Assembly (NCBI GenBank): GCA_963650485.1
Contig: CAVJLN010000010.1
Coordinates: 6,076-70,075, forward strand
DNA length: 64,000 nt
Source of the DNA: Bacteroidaceae bacterium
GTDB taxonomy: Bacteria > Bacillota > Clostridia > Lachnospirales > Lachnospiraceae
Reading direction: 5' to 3'
A model generated the notes under the pieces. That model did no database searches and was not told the origin of the DNA. It worked only from the letters and a program-made list of their open reading frames with translations. Positions 30,486 through 40,570 of the stretch are shown here, piece by piece (position 1 is the first letter of the stretch; the number at the start of each line of letters is the position of its first letter). A program made the position numbers and the translations under genes.

Positions 30486-32549
30486 TTATTTTGTCAGCAG
30501 CATCATAATATCGTTGCTTCTCTGAACAAACTTCGCCATTGCTTCCGGTTCGAGAGGAGCATGCTGTAACAGAGCCAGGTCATACAGCTGCTCGCAGATC
30601 ATATCGACGTTCTTGCCATCGGTATTCTGCATCACATACTCTACCAGAGGATGATTGGCATTGAGGATCAGTGTTTCGCCCTCTTTGCCGAATTCACCCA
30701 TATCCATTCCGGGCATGGAATACATCTTCATCATATCCTGCATTCTGCGGCTTTCCTCGGAAAGGGTTACCATGGAAGCGATCTTCTTGTTTTTCAGCTT
30801 TTCTACCTTAACCGCGATCTTGTCTTTCTTTAAGACCTTCTTCATCACCTTGCTGATTGCTTCTGCTGCATCGGAAAGCTCCTTTTCTGCCTTCTTGCTG
30901 GTCTTAGCCTTAAAGGTATCCGTAAGGTCGGCATCGATACGCATGAATTTAATTCCTTCATTCTTTGCTTCCAGCTGGGAGATAAACGGCTGGTCAATGT
31001 TATGTGTCAGAATTACCGCATCCATCTTAGCAGCCTTGAACATATTGATGTACTGTGCCTGCTGCTTTTCATCCGTTACATAATAAATGATCTTTTCTTT
31101 CTTTTCTTCTTCCGCAGGTTCTTCGGAATCGGACTTCTCCTCGCTTACCACGTTGCCGTTCTCGTCTACGACGTCGGTTTCCGCTTCTTTCTCTTTATCC
31201 TCTACCTCATCCGGATCGGTCTTATTGACTTCCAGACATTCGGGCAGGGTCAGATACTTGCCATCCAGGTTCTTAAAGAGGATGTAATCGGTCATCTTCT
31301 CACAGAACTTGTCATCCTTTAAGCAGCCGAACTTGATGAACGGGCTGATGTCATCCCAGTATTTATCGTATTCATCCTTCTCGGTCTTACACATGCCGGA
31401 AAGCTTGTCTGCAACCTTCTTCGTAATATAATCGGAAATCTTTTTTACAAAGCCATCGTTCTGCAAAGCACTTCTGGATACGTTTAACGGCAGATCCGGA
31501 CAGTCGATGACACCCTTTAACAGCATCAGGAACTCCGGAATGACTTCCTTAATATTGTCTGCGATGAAGACCTGATTGTTATAAAGCTTAATCACACCTT
31601 CAATGGATTCGTATTCCATGTTGATCTTCGGGAAATACAGGATACCCTTTAAGTTAAACGGATAATCCATGTTCAGGTGGATCCAGAACAGAGGCTCCTT
31701 GTAATCCTGGAATACCTTACGGTAAAATTCCAGATATTCTTCCTTCGTGCATTCATTCGGATGCTTCATCCAAAGAGGCTGTGTTTCATTTAACAGCTCC
31801 GGACGCTTCTGAATCTTCAGCTTCAGCTCGTCCTCTTCCTTCTCCGGCTTGATCTCCTCGATGACCACATCGGTATCCAGCTTCTCAGACGCTTTGATGG
31901 TCTGTGTTTCTGTGGTATTCTCCTTGGAAAGATAAATCTCGGTCGGCATGAAGGAACAGTACTTCTTAATGACTTCTCTTGCACGATACTCATTACAGAA
32001 CTCCAGTACATCCTCGTTTACAAAGAGGGTAATCATGGTTCCGACGTCGGTTTTCGTGCCTTCGGTCATATCAAATTCCGTACCGCCGTCACATTCCCAG
32101 TGAACCGGCTTCGCATCCTTCTGCCAGGAAAGGGTATCGATGTGTACCTCGTTGGCTACCATAAATGCGGAGTAAAAGCCAAGTCCGAAATGACCGATAA
32201 TCTGATCCTCGTTCGTCTTATCCTTATACTTCTCAATGAAATCGGTCGCACCGGAAAAGGCGATCTGATTGATGTATTCTTCCACTTCATCTGCGGTCAT
32301 ACCAATACCATTATCGATGAACTTCAAGGTCTTCTCTTCCGGATTGACTATAACCTCAATCTTGCCCTTATAATCCTCGGGCAACGTATATTCACCCATC
32401 ATATCCAGCTTTTTCAGCTTCGTAATTGCATCGCAGCCATTGGATATCAGCTCTCTGAAGAAGATATCATGGTCGGAATATAACCATTTCTTGATAATGG
32501 GGAATATATTCTCACTATTAATTGATAAACTGCCGTGTTTTTCTGCCAA
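30486..32549 (-). CDS. htpG: Chaperone HtpG (Hsp90)
   Basis: FFRELISNGCDA, DNGIGMT, IGHFGLGFYSAF, LPLNVSRS; probable TTG start after GGAGTG. Confidence 0.96.
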   Translation of the reverse strand: MAEKHGSLSINSENIFPIIKKWLYSDHDIFFRELISNGCDAITKLKKLDMMGEYTLPEDYKGKIEVIVNPEEKTLKFIDNGIGMTADEVEEYINQIAFSGATDFIEKYKDKTNEDQIIGHFGLGFYSAFMVANEVHIDTLSWQKDAKPVHWECDGGTEFDMTEGTKTDVGTMITLFVNEDVLEFCNEYRAREVIKKYCSFMPTEIYLSKENTTETQTIKASEKLDTDVVIEEIKPEKEEDELKLKIQKRPELLNETQPLWMKHPNECTKEEYLEFYRKVFQDYKEPLFWIHLNMDYPFNLKGILYFPKINMEYESIEGVIKLYNNQVFIADNIKEVIPEFLMLLKGVIDCPDLPLNVSRSALQNDGFVKKISDYITKKVADKLSGMCKTEKDEYDKYWDDISPFIKFGCLKDDKFCEKMTDYILFKNLDGKYLTLPECLEVNKTDPDEVEDKEKEAETDVVDENGNVVSEEKSDSEEPAEEEKKEKIIYYVTDEKQQAQYINMFKAAKMDAVILTHNIDQPFISQLEAKNEGIKFMRIDADLTDTFKAKTSKKAEKELSDAAEAISKVMKKVLKKDKIAVKVEKLKNKKIASMVTLSEESRRMQDMMKMYSMPGMDMGEFGKEGETLILNANHPLVEYVMQNTDGKNVDMICEQLYDLALLQHAPLEPEAMAKFVQRSNDIMMLLTK

Positions 32550-32612
32550 AATAATCACTCCTTTTTATAACTGTAGATCTACGGAACAGTTACTGTTTTT
32601 CTTATACCAGTA

Positions 32613-32675
32613 AGTGTAAGTCCATTTGCAGAAAAAGTCAAGAAAAATTTAGCACTCACCAAAAGTGAGTGCTAA
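32613..32675 (-). promoter_or_regulatory. htpG sigma-A promoter and CIRCE operator (HrcA site)
   Basis: Perfect TTAGCACTC-N9-GAGTGCTAA at 32649-32675; TTGACT-17-TACACT at 32641-32613. Confidence 0.93.
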
Positions 32676-32729
32676 CAGATCTTGAGTGCAGTATTTATGA
32701 GCCTTCTGTCGTTCTTTTACCACGTTATG

Positions 32730-33824
32730 TCAACCAAAATAATCATGATAAATGTCGAAAAACTGCCGGGTAGTCACCTCTTCATCGTCCACAAGTGAAA
32801 TGGATTCCCAGAGCTTTTCATTCATGTCCCGCGTAAGTCCCTGTGCAAAAGCATCGTATTCTTCTCCGAAAACCTCTTCCCGCTTTTCCTCCACGATCTT
32901 CACCTTATTGGCGCTCGTCTGATCCTTGTCAAATGTGCTTAGGCATTTAATGATATAAAAGCCGGACGGCGTCTCTACCAGATTGCTGATCTCTCCGGTT
33001 GCTAGGTTAAAGGCTGCCTGTTCGAAGCCTTCCTCGGTTTCGCCTTTTCCAAAGGAATAGGTTCCCTTATCGCCTTCGCTGTACTTTAATACCAGCTCCT
33101 TAAAGTCGCTCCCCTCTTCCTTCGCCTGTCGCAAAACGTCCTCCGCAAGGTTTCTGGCTTCGTCCTTATCTTCCTCGGAATACTCAATCTTCGCCCCCGT
33201 TCCGTCGGTCGTATAGGTCTTAATCAGAATGTAGTCCACGGTAATGGTTCTGGCCTCATCGTCGCTGATTTCCGGATTGATGTCCTTGATAATGTATTCG
33301 TATACCTTGTTCGCAAGAGCATACTCCTCATACATCTGTGCAAGGATTTCTTCGTCCACCTGCATCACAGCAATTTCCGTTTCATTAAGGCTCTCGTAAT
33401 ATTCCTTCGCTGCCTCTTTTGCAAACTGCTTCTCCATCTCATCCAGTGTCACATTGTGCTTCTGGGCCAGGAGATTCATCGCCTTTACCTGTGCCAGATT
33501 GGCAAGCACGGTGTCCTTCACACTTTCTGAAAGCGTCGTTCCGTTCAGATCCCGCTGCCAGATCTCCTTTCCGTAGACACTCTCATACTGCTCCTGCATA
33601 TTCACAAAATAAACCATGATTTCAGGAAGCGTTCCGGACATGGATTCAATTTTGAACACCTCATTCCGGGCAAAGCCGCCAGTCAGCACTACGGTGGGTT
33701 CCTCTGCCGTCTCCGTTGTCGTTTCACCGCTGCGCTGACAGCCGGTCAGAAGAAGTGCCGCCAGTACTGCCACTGCAATTCTTCTATATAAACTGTTCTT
33801 TCTCATAAAATCTCTTTCCTTCAA
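32730..33824 (-). CDS. PrsA/SurA-like parvulin peptidyl-prolyl isomerase lipoprotein
   Basis: LTGC lipobox; FKELVLKYSE and FEQAAFNL..GEISNLVETPSGFYIIK rotamase motifs. Confidence 0.82.
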   Translation of the reverse strand: MKERDFMRKNSLYRRIAVAVLAALLLTGCQRSGETTTETAEEPTVVLTGGFARNEVFKIESMSGTLPEIMVYFVNMQEQYESVYGKEIWQRDLNGTTLSESVKDTVLANLAQVKAMNLLAQKHNVTLDEMEKQFAKEAAKEYYESLNETEIAVMQVDEEILAQMYEEYALANKVYEYIIKDINPEISDDEARTITVDYILIKTYTTDGTGAKIEYSEEDKDEARNLAEDVLRQAKEEGSDFKELVLKYSEGDKGTYSFGKGETEEGFEQAAFNLATGEISNLVETPSGFYIIKCLSTFDKDQTSANKVKIVEEKREEVFGEEYDAFAQGLTRDMNEKLWESISLVDDEEVTTRQFFDIYHDYFG

Positions 33825-33846
33825 TCCCTGTCGCTGTTTTCTTCAC

Positions 33847-36471
33847 TTACTGTATCACAACTTCGGCACAGCTTCCGGTATTCGTCTTATGAATGCGGAT
33901 CTGATCCGGAATCTTTTCGGACAGCTCCGGTACATGGGAAATGAGTCCGATCAGCCGGTTGCTCTCCGTTAAGCCCTGCAGCACCAGACACGCCTGATCG
34001 AGTGATTCTCCATCGAGCGTACCAAAGCCTTCATCAATAAACATGGTTTCCACCCGGATTCCACCGCTCTGCGCCTGAATGACATCACTCATGCCAAGGG
34101 CAAGGCTTAAGGATACCTTAAAGGATTCCCCACCCGATAAGGTTTTTACCGAACGATATTTACCGGTGTAATAGTCAAGCACTTCCATTTCCAGATTGTC
34201 CTTACTGCGGGCATCCACAATTCCCCGCACGCGCCGCAGCTCATACCTTCCGCTGCTCATCGTCTGCAGACGCAGGTTCGCCGCATACAGAATCTCTTCA
34301 AAATAAGAAATGAGAACATACTGCTCGAACACAAGCCGTTTCTTATTATTCCCGTTTGCCAGATCATCCAGTCCTTTGACTAAACTATAACGTTCCATCG
34401 TCTCCCGGAGACTCACAAGCTTAGTTTTTAGGGAAGTAAACGTTCTCTCTGTGAGATTCCGGCTTTCCTGCTTCTTCGAAAGACTCTGCTGCACAGTCCG
34501 CTTTTCTTCCATGGCGGTCTGCAGTTCCTCCTGCAGCTTTGCAGAGTCCGGAAGCACAAGCTCCTGTACCTGTTCTTTCAGATGCTGCAAAAGCTCTTCG
34601 TTTGCCTTGCAGTTCTTCTCATAGTCCTGCAGTTCTTTCTTCCCTTCCTCCATCTGCTCCTTTGAAAGAAGGCTGCCCTGATACTCTTGCCCGGAAGCGA
34701 ATCCATACTTCATTAAGAGAGTATCCCTTTCCTCTTCCCTCTCTCTGAAAAGCTCCTGTTCCTTTTGAAGCTCCTCCTGTAAACTGCGGATCTGCTCCTG
34801 CTTTTCCGCACTCTCGACACGTAATGTTAAGAGGCGGTTCAGTTCCCCTTCAAAGGATTTCCTGTTGTATTTCAACAAAAGTTCTTTGATTTCTGTGGGA
34901 AGCTGTTCCTCCTGTTCCTGTATCCGTTCAATGGATTTTAAAAGCTCGCCGCCCTTTTCTTTCGCCTGCTCTGCCTTTCCCTTCGCAGTCATGGCTTCTC
35001 CATGCTGGTGCACGGCCCTTTTCTGCCTTTGAAGCCATTCCTGTTTCGCCTGATCGACCTTTTCTTTCGTCAGCTGCTCCTTAGTGACAGCAGCCGGGGC
35101 CGGATGATGAACAGAACCACAGACCGGACAGGGCTGATTTTCTTCAAGCTCCGCCGACAGAATGCCTGCAAGGTTATGACGATACCGATGCTCTGTTTCT
35201 TCATACGCCCGCCGTGCAAGCACCTCTTCCTGTTCCAGTCTTAAGTAGACCTCCTGTAACTGTTTCAACTGTGCTTCTAGTTGTTTACATAATTCTGCAT
35301 TATGTTTACTTTCCCGTTTCTGCTCTGACAGCTTTTCTTTCAATTCACAGGCTGCTTCAAAGTCAGCCTGATATTCCGGCAGCTTTTGCAAAGAAAGGAT
35401 CTGCTGCTCACGTAACCCGGTTTCTTCCTGAAGATGCCGGATCTGCTTCCTGATTTTATCAATCTGCTTACCGGACTCCTCGCATAACAGCTCCTGCTGA
35501 CGGATTTCCCTTGCCCGGTCTGCTTTCCACAGAAGTGTTTCCTTCTGCTGCATTTCTTCCTTCCGGCTGTCTAACAGACGCTTTCTGTCCGTTTCCTTTT
35601 CGAAGCTCTTTTGCAGCTCTGCCGCCTTCTGCGCTTCCACAAGCCTTCCATTCAATAGAAGCGTCCTCTCCTCCAGTTGCTGATACTGTGCAAGGACTTC
35701 CTTTTCTTCCTTCCCGATCCGCTTCTTTTCTTCCTTTAAGAATGCAAGCACGCCCTCATAATCATAGGCTTCCCCCTGCACCAGTGCTGCAAATTTTTCT
35801 GCGGTTTCTTCCATGGGATGATACAGCTCCACATCCTCGTCCATTTTGTGGCGGTATCCGCTCACCTCTTTATAAATCGTATTGGAACGCTCCTTTAAGA
35901 TCTGTGCCATCTTCTCGTACAGACCGGTATCAAAAATCTGCCGGAAGATCTTCGTTTTTTCCTGCGAAGATGCTGTCAGGAGTTTCGTGAACTCGCCCTG
36001 CGCGATCATGGAAATCTGCTTGAACTGACGGTAATCCAGACAAAGCAGCTCCTCGATTTTCCGAGTGACCTCGCTGCTTCCTTCGATACTGCTTCCATCC
36101 GGAAGCGTCAGGATCGCCTTTTCCTTCTCCTTCGTCAGTTCCTTCCCGTCTGCTCCCCTGCGCTTGCGGGGGCGCAGATATTCCGGGTTCCGGTAAATGT
36201 GATAGTTTTCACCCTTATGCGTCATCGATAGTTCCACGAAGGTGGGCGTATCCGGCTTTGCAAAGTCCGACCGCACCGATCCCTTTTCCCGCACTTCGCC
36301 GCTCATGCAGCCATACAGGGCATACATGATCGCGTCAAAAATCGTTGTCTTGCCGGCTCCGGTTGCACCGGTAATCAGGAACAGTCCGCGTTCCTCCATC
36401 CTCGTAAAATCAATCGTCTGAAGATCCTTGTAGGGTCCCCAGCCGCTGATCCGTAATTCTGCTGGTTTCAT
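33847..36471 (-). CDS. sbcC: SbcC (Rad50-like SMC ATPase)
   Basis: GATGAGKTT Walker A, CPVCGS zinc hook, LSGGE, FIDEGFG, coiled coils. Confidence 0.93.
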   Translation of the reverse strand: MKPAELRISGWGPYKDLQTIDFTRMEERGLFLITGATGAGKTTIFDAIMYALYGCMSGEVREKGSVRSDFAKPDTPTFVELSMTHKGENYHIYRNPEYLRPRKRRGADGKELTKEKEKAILTLPDGSSIEGSSEVTRKIEELLCLDYRQFKQISMIAQGEFTKLLTASSQEKTKIFRQIFDTGLYEKMAQILKERSNTIYKEVSGYRHKMDEDVELYHPMEETAEKFAALVQGEAYDYEGVLAFLKEEKKRIGKEEKEVLAQYQQLEERTLLLNGRLVEAQKAAELQKSFEKETDRKRLLDSRKEEMQQKETLLWKADRAREIRQQELLCEESGKQIDKIRKQIRHLQEETGLREQQILSLQKLPEYQADFEAACELKEKLSEQKRESKHNAELCKQLEAQLKQLQEVYLRLEQEEVLARRAYEETEHRYRHNLAGILSAELEENQPCPVCGSVHHPAPAAVTKEQLTKEKVDQAKQEWLQRQKRAVHQHGEAMTAKGKAEQAKEKGGELLKSIERIQEQEEQLPTEIKELLLKYNRKSFEGELNRLLTLRVESAEKQEQIRSLQEELQKEQELFREREEERDTLLMKYGFASGQEYQGSLLSKEQMEEGKKELQDYEKNCKANEELLQHLKEQVQELVLPDSAKLQEELQTAMEEKRTVQQSLSKKQESRNLTERTFTSLKTKLVSLRETMERYSLVKGLDDLANGNNKKRLVFEQYVLISYFEEILYAANLRLQTMSSGRYELRRVRGIVDARSKDNLEMEVLDYYTGKYRSVKTLSGGESFKVSLSLALGMSDVIQAQSGGIRVETMFIDEGFGTLDGESLDQACLVLQGLTESNRLIGLISHVPELSEKIPDQIRIHKTNTGSCAEVVIQ

Positions 36472-37622
36472 CCCTCAAGCCTCTCCTTTGCCTCCCGGAT
36501 CACGCCGGTTATATAACAGAGCTGTTCCTCCGTCATGTCCTGTTCCTTAATTTCTGCATAAAAATCCTGAAACAGAGATCCTGCGTCCCTTTTCCTTAAA
36601 ATGCCATTTCCTGCCACAGAACCCAGGTCAAACTCCATCTGGATTTCCTCTCTGTCAGCCCGGACAATCTGCATCGCATTCGGATAGACACTCCGCAGTG
36701 TTTCCATCGGATCAATCAGCTCCCCTTCATCGGTAAGACATGCCTGCACATAGTCAAGGGACTTTTCTCCCTCTTCTCTTCCTTGCTTTAAAAGCTCCTG
36801 CAGCGTTCCTTTGATCTTACGCATATCATGCAATGGCGCAAGCGGCAGCTCCTCTACCTTCTTAAGTCCCGCATCATCCATGGTAACAAGAAGCATTCCC
36901 TTCGTGCTTCCTGCTTCGCCAAACGAATATTTTAGCGGTGCTCCCGCATAATAAATGGGGTGCTGCCCAATCTGCTGTTTCTTATGAATGTGACCCAGTG
37001 CCACATAATCAAACCCCTCAAATACGGAGGCATCCACGTTATCAAGACTCCCTACATGAATCGTGGATTCACTGTCCGACAGCTCCGGCTCCCTTCCGCT
37101 GTCCGTCACAAAATAATGGGTCACAAGAATCCGGTTCTTCTTTCCGTCCGCTGCCTGCTCCTTCTCCTTTTCCCAATAACCCGAAAGCAGCTTCCGGACG
37201 GCTTCCTCACTGGTACTGCACTGCACCTGGGACGGCTTGCAGAAGGGAAGCAGGACAATTTCGGCATTCGGAAGACGCACCGTTTTAAGCTCCTCCTTTG
37301 GCACACCGGAAATAAACAGTCCCTGCGCCTGCAATACATTTTCAAGAAAAGAAACCCTCTCCTGCGAATCATGGTTTCCTGCAATCATGATCATTTTGAT
37401 CCGATGCTCCAGAGCCTTTGTCAGAAAATGATCAAAAACAGCTACTGCGTCGGCAGGGGGAATCGACCGGTCATAAAGATCACCGGCAATCAGAATCGCT
37501 TCTACCTTCTGTGCAATCGCTGTCTGTAAAATCTGTTCCAAAATATGCTTCTGATCCTCGAGCATGGAAAATTCATTCACGATCTTTCCAATATGAAGAT
37601 CCGCTACATGTAACAATTTCAT
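36468..37622 (-). CDS. sbcD: SbcD (Mre11-like nuclease)
   Basis: ADLHIG, AGDLYD, GNHDS, LGHIH; start at MKLLHV after GGAGG. Confidence 0.93.
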   Translation of the reverse strand: MKLLHVADLHIGKIVNEFSMLEDQKHILEQILQTAIAQKVEAILIAGDLYDRSIPPADAVAVFDHFLTKALEHRIKMIMIAGNHDSQERVSFLENVLQAQGLFISGVPKEELKTVRLPNAEIVLLPFCKPSQVQCSTSEEAVRKLLSGYWEKEKEQAADGKKNRILVTHYFVTDSGREPELSDSESTIHVGSLDNVDASVFEGFDYVALGHIHKKQQIGQHPIYYAGAPLKYSFGEAGSTKGMLLVTMDDAGLKKVEELPLAPLHDMRKIKGTLQELLKQGREEGEKSLDYVQACLTDEGELIDPMETLRSVYPNAMQIVRADREEIQMEFDLGSVAGNGILRKRDAGSLFQDFYAEIKEQDMTEEQLCYITGVIREAKERLEG

Positions 37623-37635
37623 CCTCCTGCTCCTG

Positions 37636-38394
37636 TCAGTCGTCAATCCGGTTGCCAAAACGGTCAAACCAGTGATCTCCGTTCGTCAGTACATAATCCT
37701 CTTTTCGTCCACGAATACGTTCCGCATAATCCTGCCCCGATGCCAGCGGTGTCTGAAACGCAACGCCGCCTCCCAGCATTAAAGTGCTGTGTACATCAGA
37801 GCCGGCACTCATCGGAAGGTCATGTTCCCTGGCATAGGCAATCGCTCTTTCATCAAACCGCGGATCATTGTGGGAGGTGCTTAAATGACTGGAATGCGTT
37901 GCATTGATGCCCTCCACACCATCCACCAGCTCCGGGAAAAGCCGGACCTCCGGGATATAAGCTTCCTCCCGGAAAGGATGTGCATGCATCACCAGTCCGC
38001 CATGCTCCCGCACCAGCTGTAGCTGCTCCGCAATCGTGGCATCCTTAATTTCCGGATGGGTCAGAAGCCACTCTTCATCTACTCCGTAAACCAGGAACTC
38101 CGTTCCCTGATAACAGGACTCGTATCCAAAAAACACGGAAAGTCCCATTTGGTCTCCATACGCTTTCGCCGTATAGAAGGCTGCACAGAATCCATGCACC
38201 CATTCCTCCCAGGGCAGAGACCGGTCCACACTGGTATTGCCGTACCATGCGTGATTCGTAACAAAAATTCCTGCATATCCATAGTCCTTCGCTGCCTGTA
38301 CCATCTCCTGCGCCGAGTTTCTTGCACAGGCACTGCCCTCCTTGGTATGCAGATGCGTTTCATATAAATACGGGTATTTCTCTTTGATTTTCAT
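37636..38394 (-). CDS. PHP-domain phosphoesterase
   Basis: ETHLHT, TNH, AHPFR and GSDVH metal-binding motifs. Confidence 0.85.
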   Translation of the reverse strand: MKIKEKYPYLYETHLHTKEGSACARNSAQEMVQAAKDYGYAGIFVTNHAWYGNTSVDRSLPWEEWVHGFCAAFYTAKAYGDQMGLSVFFGYESCYQGTEFLVYGVDEEWLLTHPEIKDATIAEQLQLVREHGGLVMHAHPFREEAYIPEVRLFPELVDGVEGINATHSSHLSTSHNDPRFDERAIAYAREHDLPMSAGSDVHSTLMLGGGVAFQTPLASGQDYAERIRGRKEDYVLTNGDHWFDRFGNRIDD

Positions 38395-38635
38395 CTCTTT
38401 AATTCCTTTACCTGCTGTTCTTTATCTAACGATTTTCTTTTGCTCATTATCGGCATTATGTAAACCATCCAAGATCGCTTTGATTGACTTACCCTTATAG
38501 TTTACCTGTTTCGATGTCCTATGACAAGTTCTTTTCATACTTCCGGATGGTTCGTTACTGTTCACTCCTGAATCATATTCTTACGCAGCCTGAAAACAAG
38601 TGTCTGGCTGCTGTGTAACCTGTAACAAATGCTCC

Positions 38636-39355
38636 TCATGTCATTCTCTCCCGGAGCCGCAGCAGAATCTTCTTCTCCATCCGGCTCACCTGTACCTGAC
38701 TGATTCCCAGCTCCTTTGCCACGACCGTCTGAGTTTTGCTCTGGAAATACCGCATACGGATGAGCTTTTCTTCCGTCTCATCGAGATCCTTCAAAATCTG
38801 CCGTACCATCAGCCGGTTCATAATCTGCTCTTCCGTTTCCTCCCCGTGGGATTTGAGCTGATCCACCAGCAGAATCTCCCTGCCATCCTTTCCGTAAACA
38901 GACCGGTAGATGGAATCCACCTGATGATTGGCATCCATGGCCGTCACCACCTCTTCCACGGTAAGTCCGGCGGCCTGCGCCACTTCGTTTAATGCCGGTT
39001 CCCCATTCTTCTCCTTTAGGAGCTTTTCCCTTGCCGCAAAAACACGGACTCCGTTCTCCTTGATGCTGCGGCTGACCTTTACCATCCCGTCATCCCTTAA
39101 AAACCGCTTGATTTCACCGGCAATCAACGGAACCGCATAGGTCGAAAACTTCACTTCAAAATGTGTATCAAATTTATCAATGGACTTCATCAGTCCGATC
39201 GTTCCGATCTGAAACAGATCCTCCGCTTCAATTCCTCTTCCTGCAAACCGCTTCACAATATGATGAACCAGTCCCAGGTTCTGCTCAATCAGTACCTTAC
39301 GTGCTTCCTTTTCTCCCGCCTGTGCGCGTTCAATCAGTACTGCATTATCAACCAT
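38636..39355 (-). CDS. sigF: Sporulation sigma factor F
   Basis: DLFQIGTIGL, FSTYAVPLIAGEIKRFLRDDG, SQVQVSR; downstream of spoIIAA and spoIIAB. Confidence 0.93.
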   Translation of the reverse strand: MVDNAVLIERAQAGEKEARKVLIEQNLGLVHHIVKRFAGRGIEAEDLFQIGTIGLMKSIDKFDTHFEVKFSTYAVPLIAGEIKRFLRDDGMVKVSRSIKENGVRVFAAREKLLKEKNGEPALNEVAQAAGLTVEEVVTAMDANHQVDSIYRSVYGKDGREILLVDQLKSHGEETEEQIMNRLMVRQILKDLDETEEKLIRMRYFQSKTQTVVAKELGISQVQVSRMEKKILLRLRERMT

Positions 39356-39358
39356 GGG

Positions 39359-39898
39359 CTACTCCTCTTGTGCAATCCATGATGTTGTTCCCAGCTTCTT
39401 TTTCATATGTACCGTGGTGCCCTGCCCGACCACCGATTCCACCTCCAGATCATCCATAAACGCCTCCATAAAGGAAAAGCCCATTCCCGACCGGTCCAGA
39501 TCCGGCTTCGTCGTATAAAGCGGCTCCATCGCCTGCTCAACATTCGCAATTCCGCAGCCCTCATCCCGGATCACCAGATCTAATACATCTCCCTCAATTC
39601 TTCCATGCAGGATAACCTGTGGCATGACTGCAAACCCGTCTGCAATTCTTTCTGCCAGAAGCTCTTCCTCTTCCACTCCATAAATTTCATATCCATGGAT
39701 GATCGCATTCGTAACTGCCTCGGAAACCGCCGTCTTAATGTCTGAAAGCTCTTCCAGCGTCGGATTTAAGGCACTCACAAAAGCTGCAACCGCCACTCTT
39801 GCAAAGGCCTCATTCTCAGACCTTGCATCAAACCGCAGAATCATCTCATTTTTCACCATCTTTTTTGTTTCCTTACCTGTGTTCCTTTTCGTATCCAT
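39359..39898 (-). CDS. spoIIAB: Anti-sigma F factor
   Basis: [30 protein letters not shown]. Confidence 0.95.
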   Translation of the reverse strand: MDTKRNTGKETKKMVKNEMILRFDARSENEAFARVAVAAFVSALNPTLEELSDIKTAVSEAVTNAIIHGYEIYGVEEEELLAERIADGFAVMPQVILHGRIEGDVLDLVIRDEGCGIANVEQAMEPLYTTKPDLDRSGMGFSFMEAFMDDLEVESVVGQGTTVHMKKKLGTTSWIAQEE

Positions 39899-39908
39899 GT
39901 CCACCTCT

Positions 39909-40217
39909 CTACTCCATAATCTCAATAATTTTATGTAAACCACATATCATCAGACTTTTCTTTATCCGCGTATCCGTATTAATCACGAACACCTTTCCGC
40001 CAAAATAAGAGATTTTCTTGTATCTTCCAATGATAATTCCGATCCCGGAGCTGTCCATAAACTTCGTGTCTTCAAAATCAAAGACCACATTCCCCACCCC
40101 GGACTGCATGATATAATCATCTGCAATTTTACTTATGTAAACTGATTTGTGATGATCGATTTCCTCCGGCATTCTCACCATGAGGTAATTCTCTATCACC
40201 TGAAAGTCATCCTTCAT
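39909..40217 (-). CDS. spoIIAA: Anti-sigma F antagonist (STAS)
   Basis: [20 protein letters not shown]. Confidence 0.93.
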   Translation of the reverse strand: MKDDFQVIENYLMVRMPEEIDHHKSVYISKIADDYIMQSGVGNVVFDFEDTKFMDSSGIGIIIGRYKKISYFGGKVFVINTDTRIKKSLMICGLHKIIEIME

Positions 40218-40261
40218 ATTTCTTCCCCTTTCTTTTTATTCTTAAATTCACATTATATATC

Positions 40262-40479
40262 TGGTGCATCACACCTTTGTGACGGAGCTTACGAAGGGAC
40301 TAAGAAGTTCCTCTGTTTTGTTCAGCATCAGCAAGAATGGGACACGGATGTTCCATTCAGGTACAATCGAGCCCGGATGGCTCGTTGGACCGTTTGCGTC
40401 ATATTGCAATAACTTATCCAAAACAGACAGAACTTCTTAGTTCCGTAGATCAGCTCCGGAATAAAGGTGTTATGCACCA
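40262..40479 (+). ncRNA. TwoAYGGAY-like structured element with ~60-bp imperfect terminal inverted repeats
   Basis: Arms at 40262-40320 and 40419-40479; internal hairpins with loops ACGGAT (40335-40358) and CGGAT (40368-40384). Confidence 0.7.
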
Positions 40480-40493
40480 AATTAAAAGACAGA

Positions 40494-40525
40494 AAAAGAG
40501 AACAAACTCCCGTCTGTTCTCTTTC
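40494..40525 (-). terminator. Intrinsic terminator after the TPR gene
   Basis: AAAGAGAACA...TGTTCTCTTT stem with a T-run on the minus strand. Confidence 0.6.
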
Positions 40526-40570
40526 GTAAAATTCTCTCTATTCTTCTATATAGCTATAGCAGCCCAATCA

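Noticed and set aside
33847..38394. PHP-SbcD-SbcC as a novel defence system
   Set aside because: SbcCD is canonical, has core-like composition and sits in a housekeeping context with no mobile or defence neighbours.
38391..38468. 25-codon ORF (MVYIMPIMSKRK...) overlapping the PHP gene start
   Set aside because: It has a weak RBS and no recognisable features, so it cannot be distinguished from chance.
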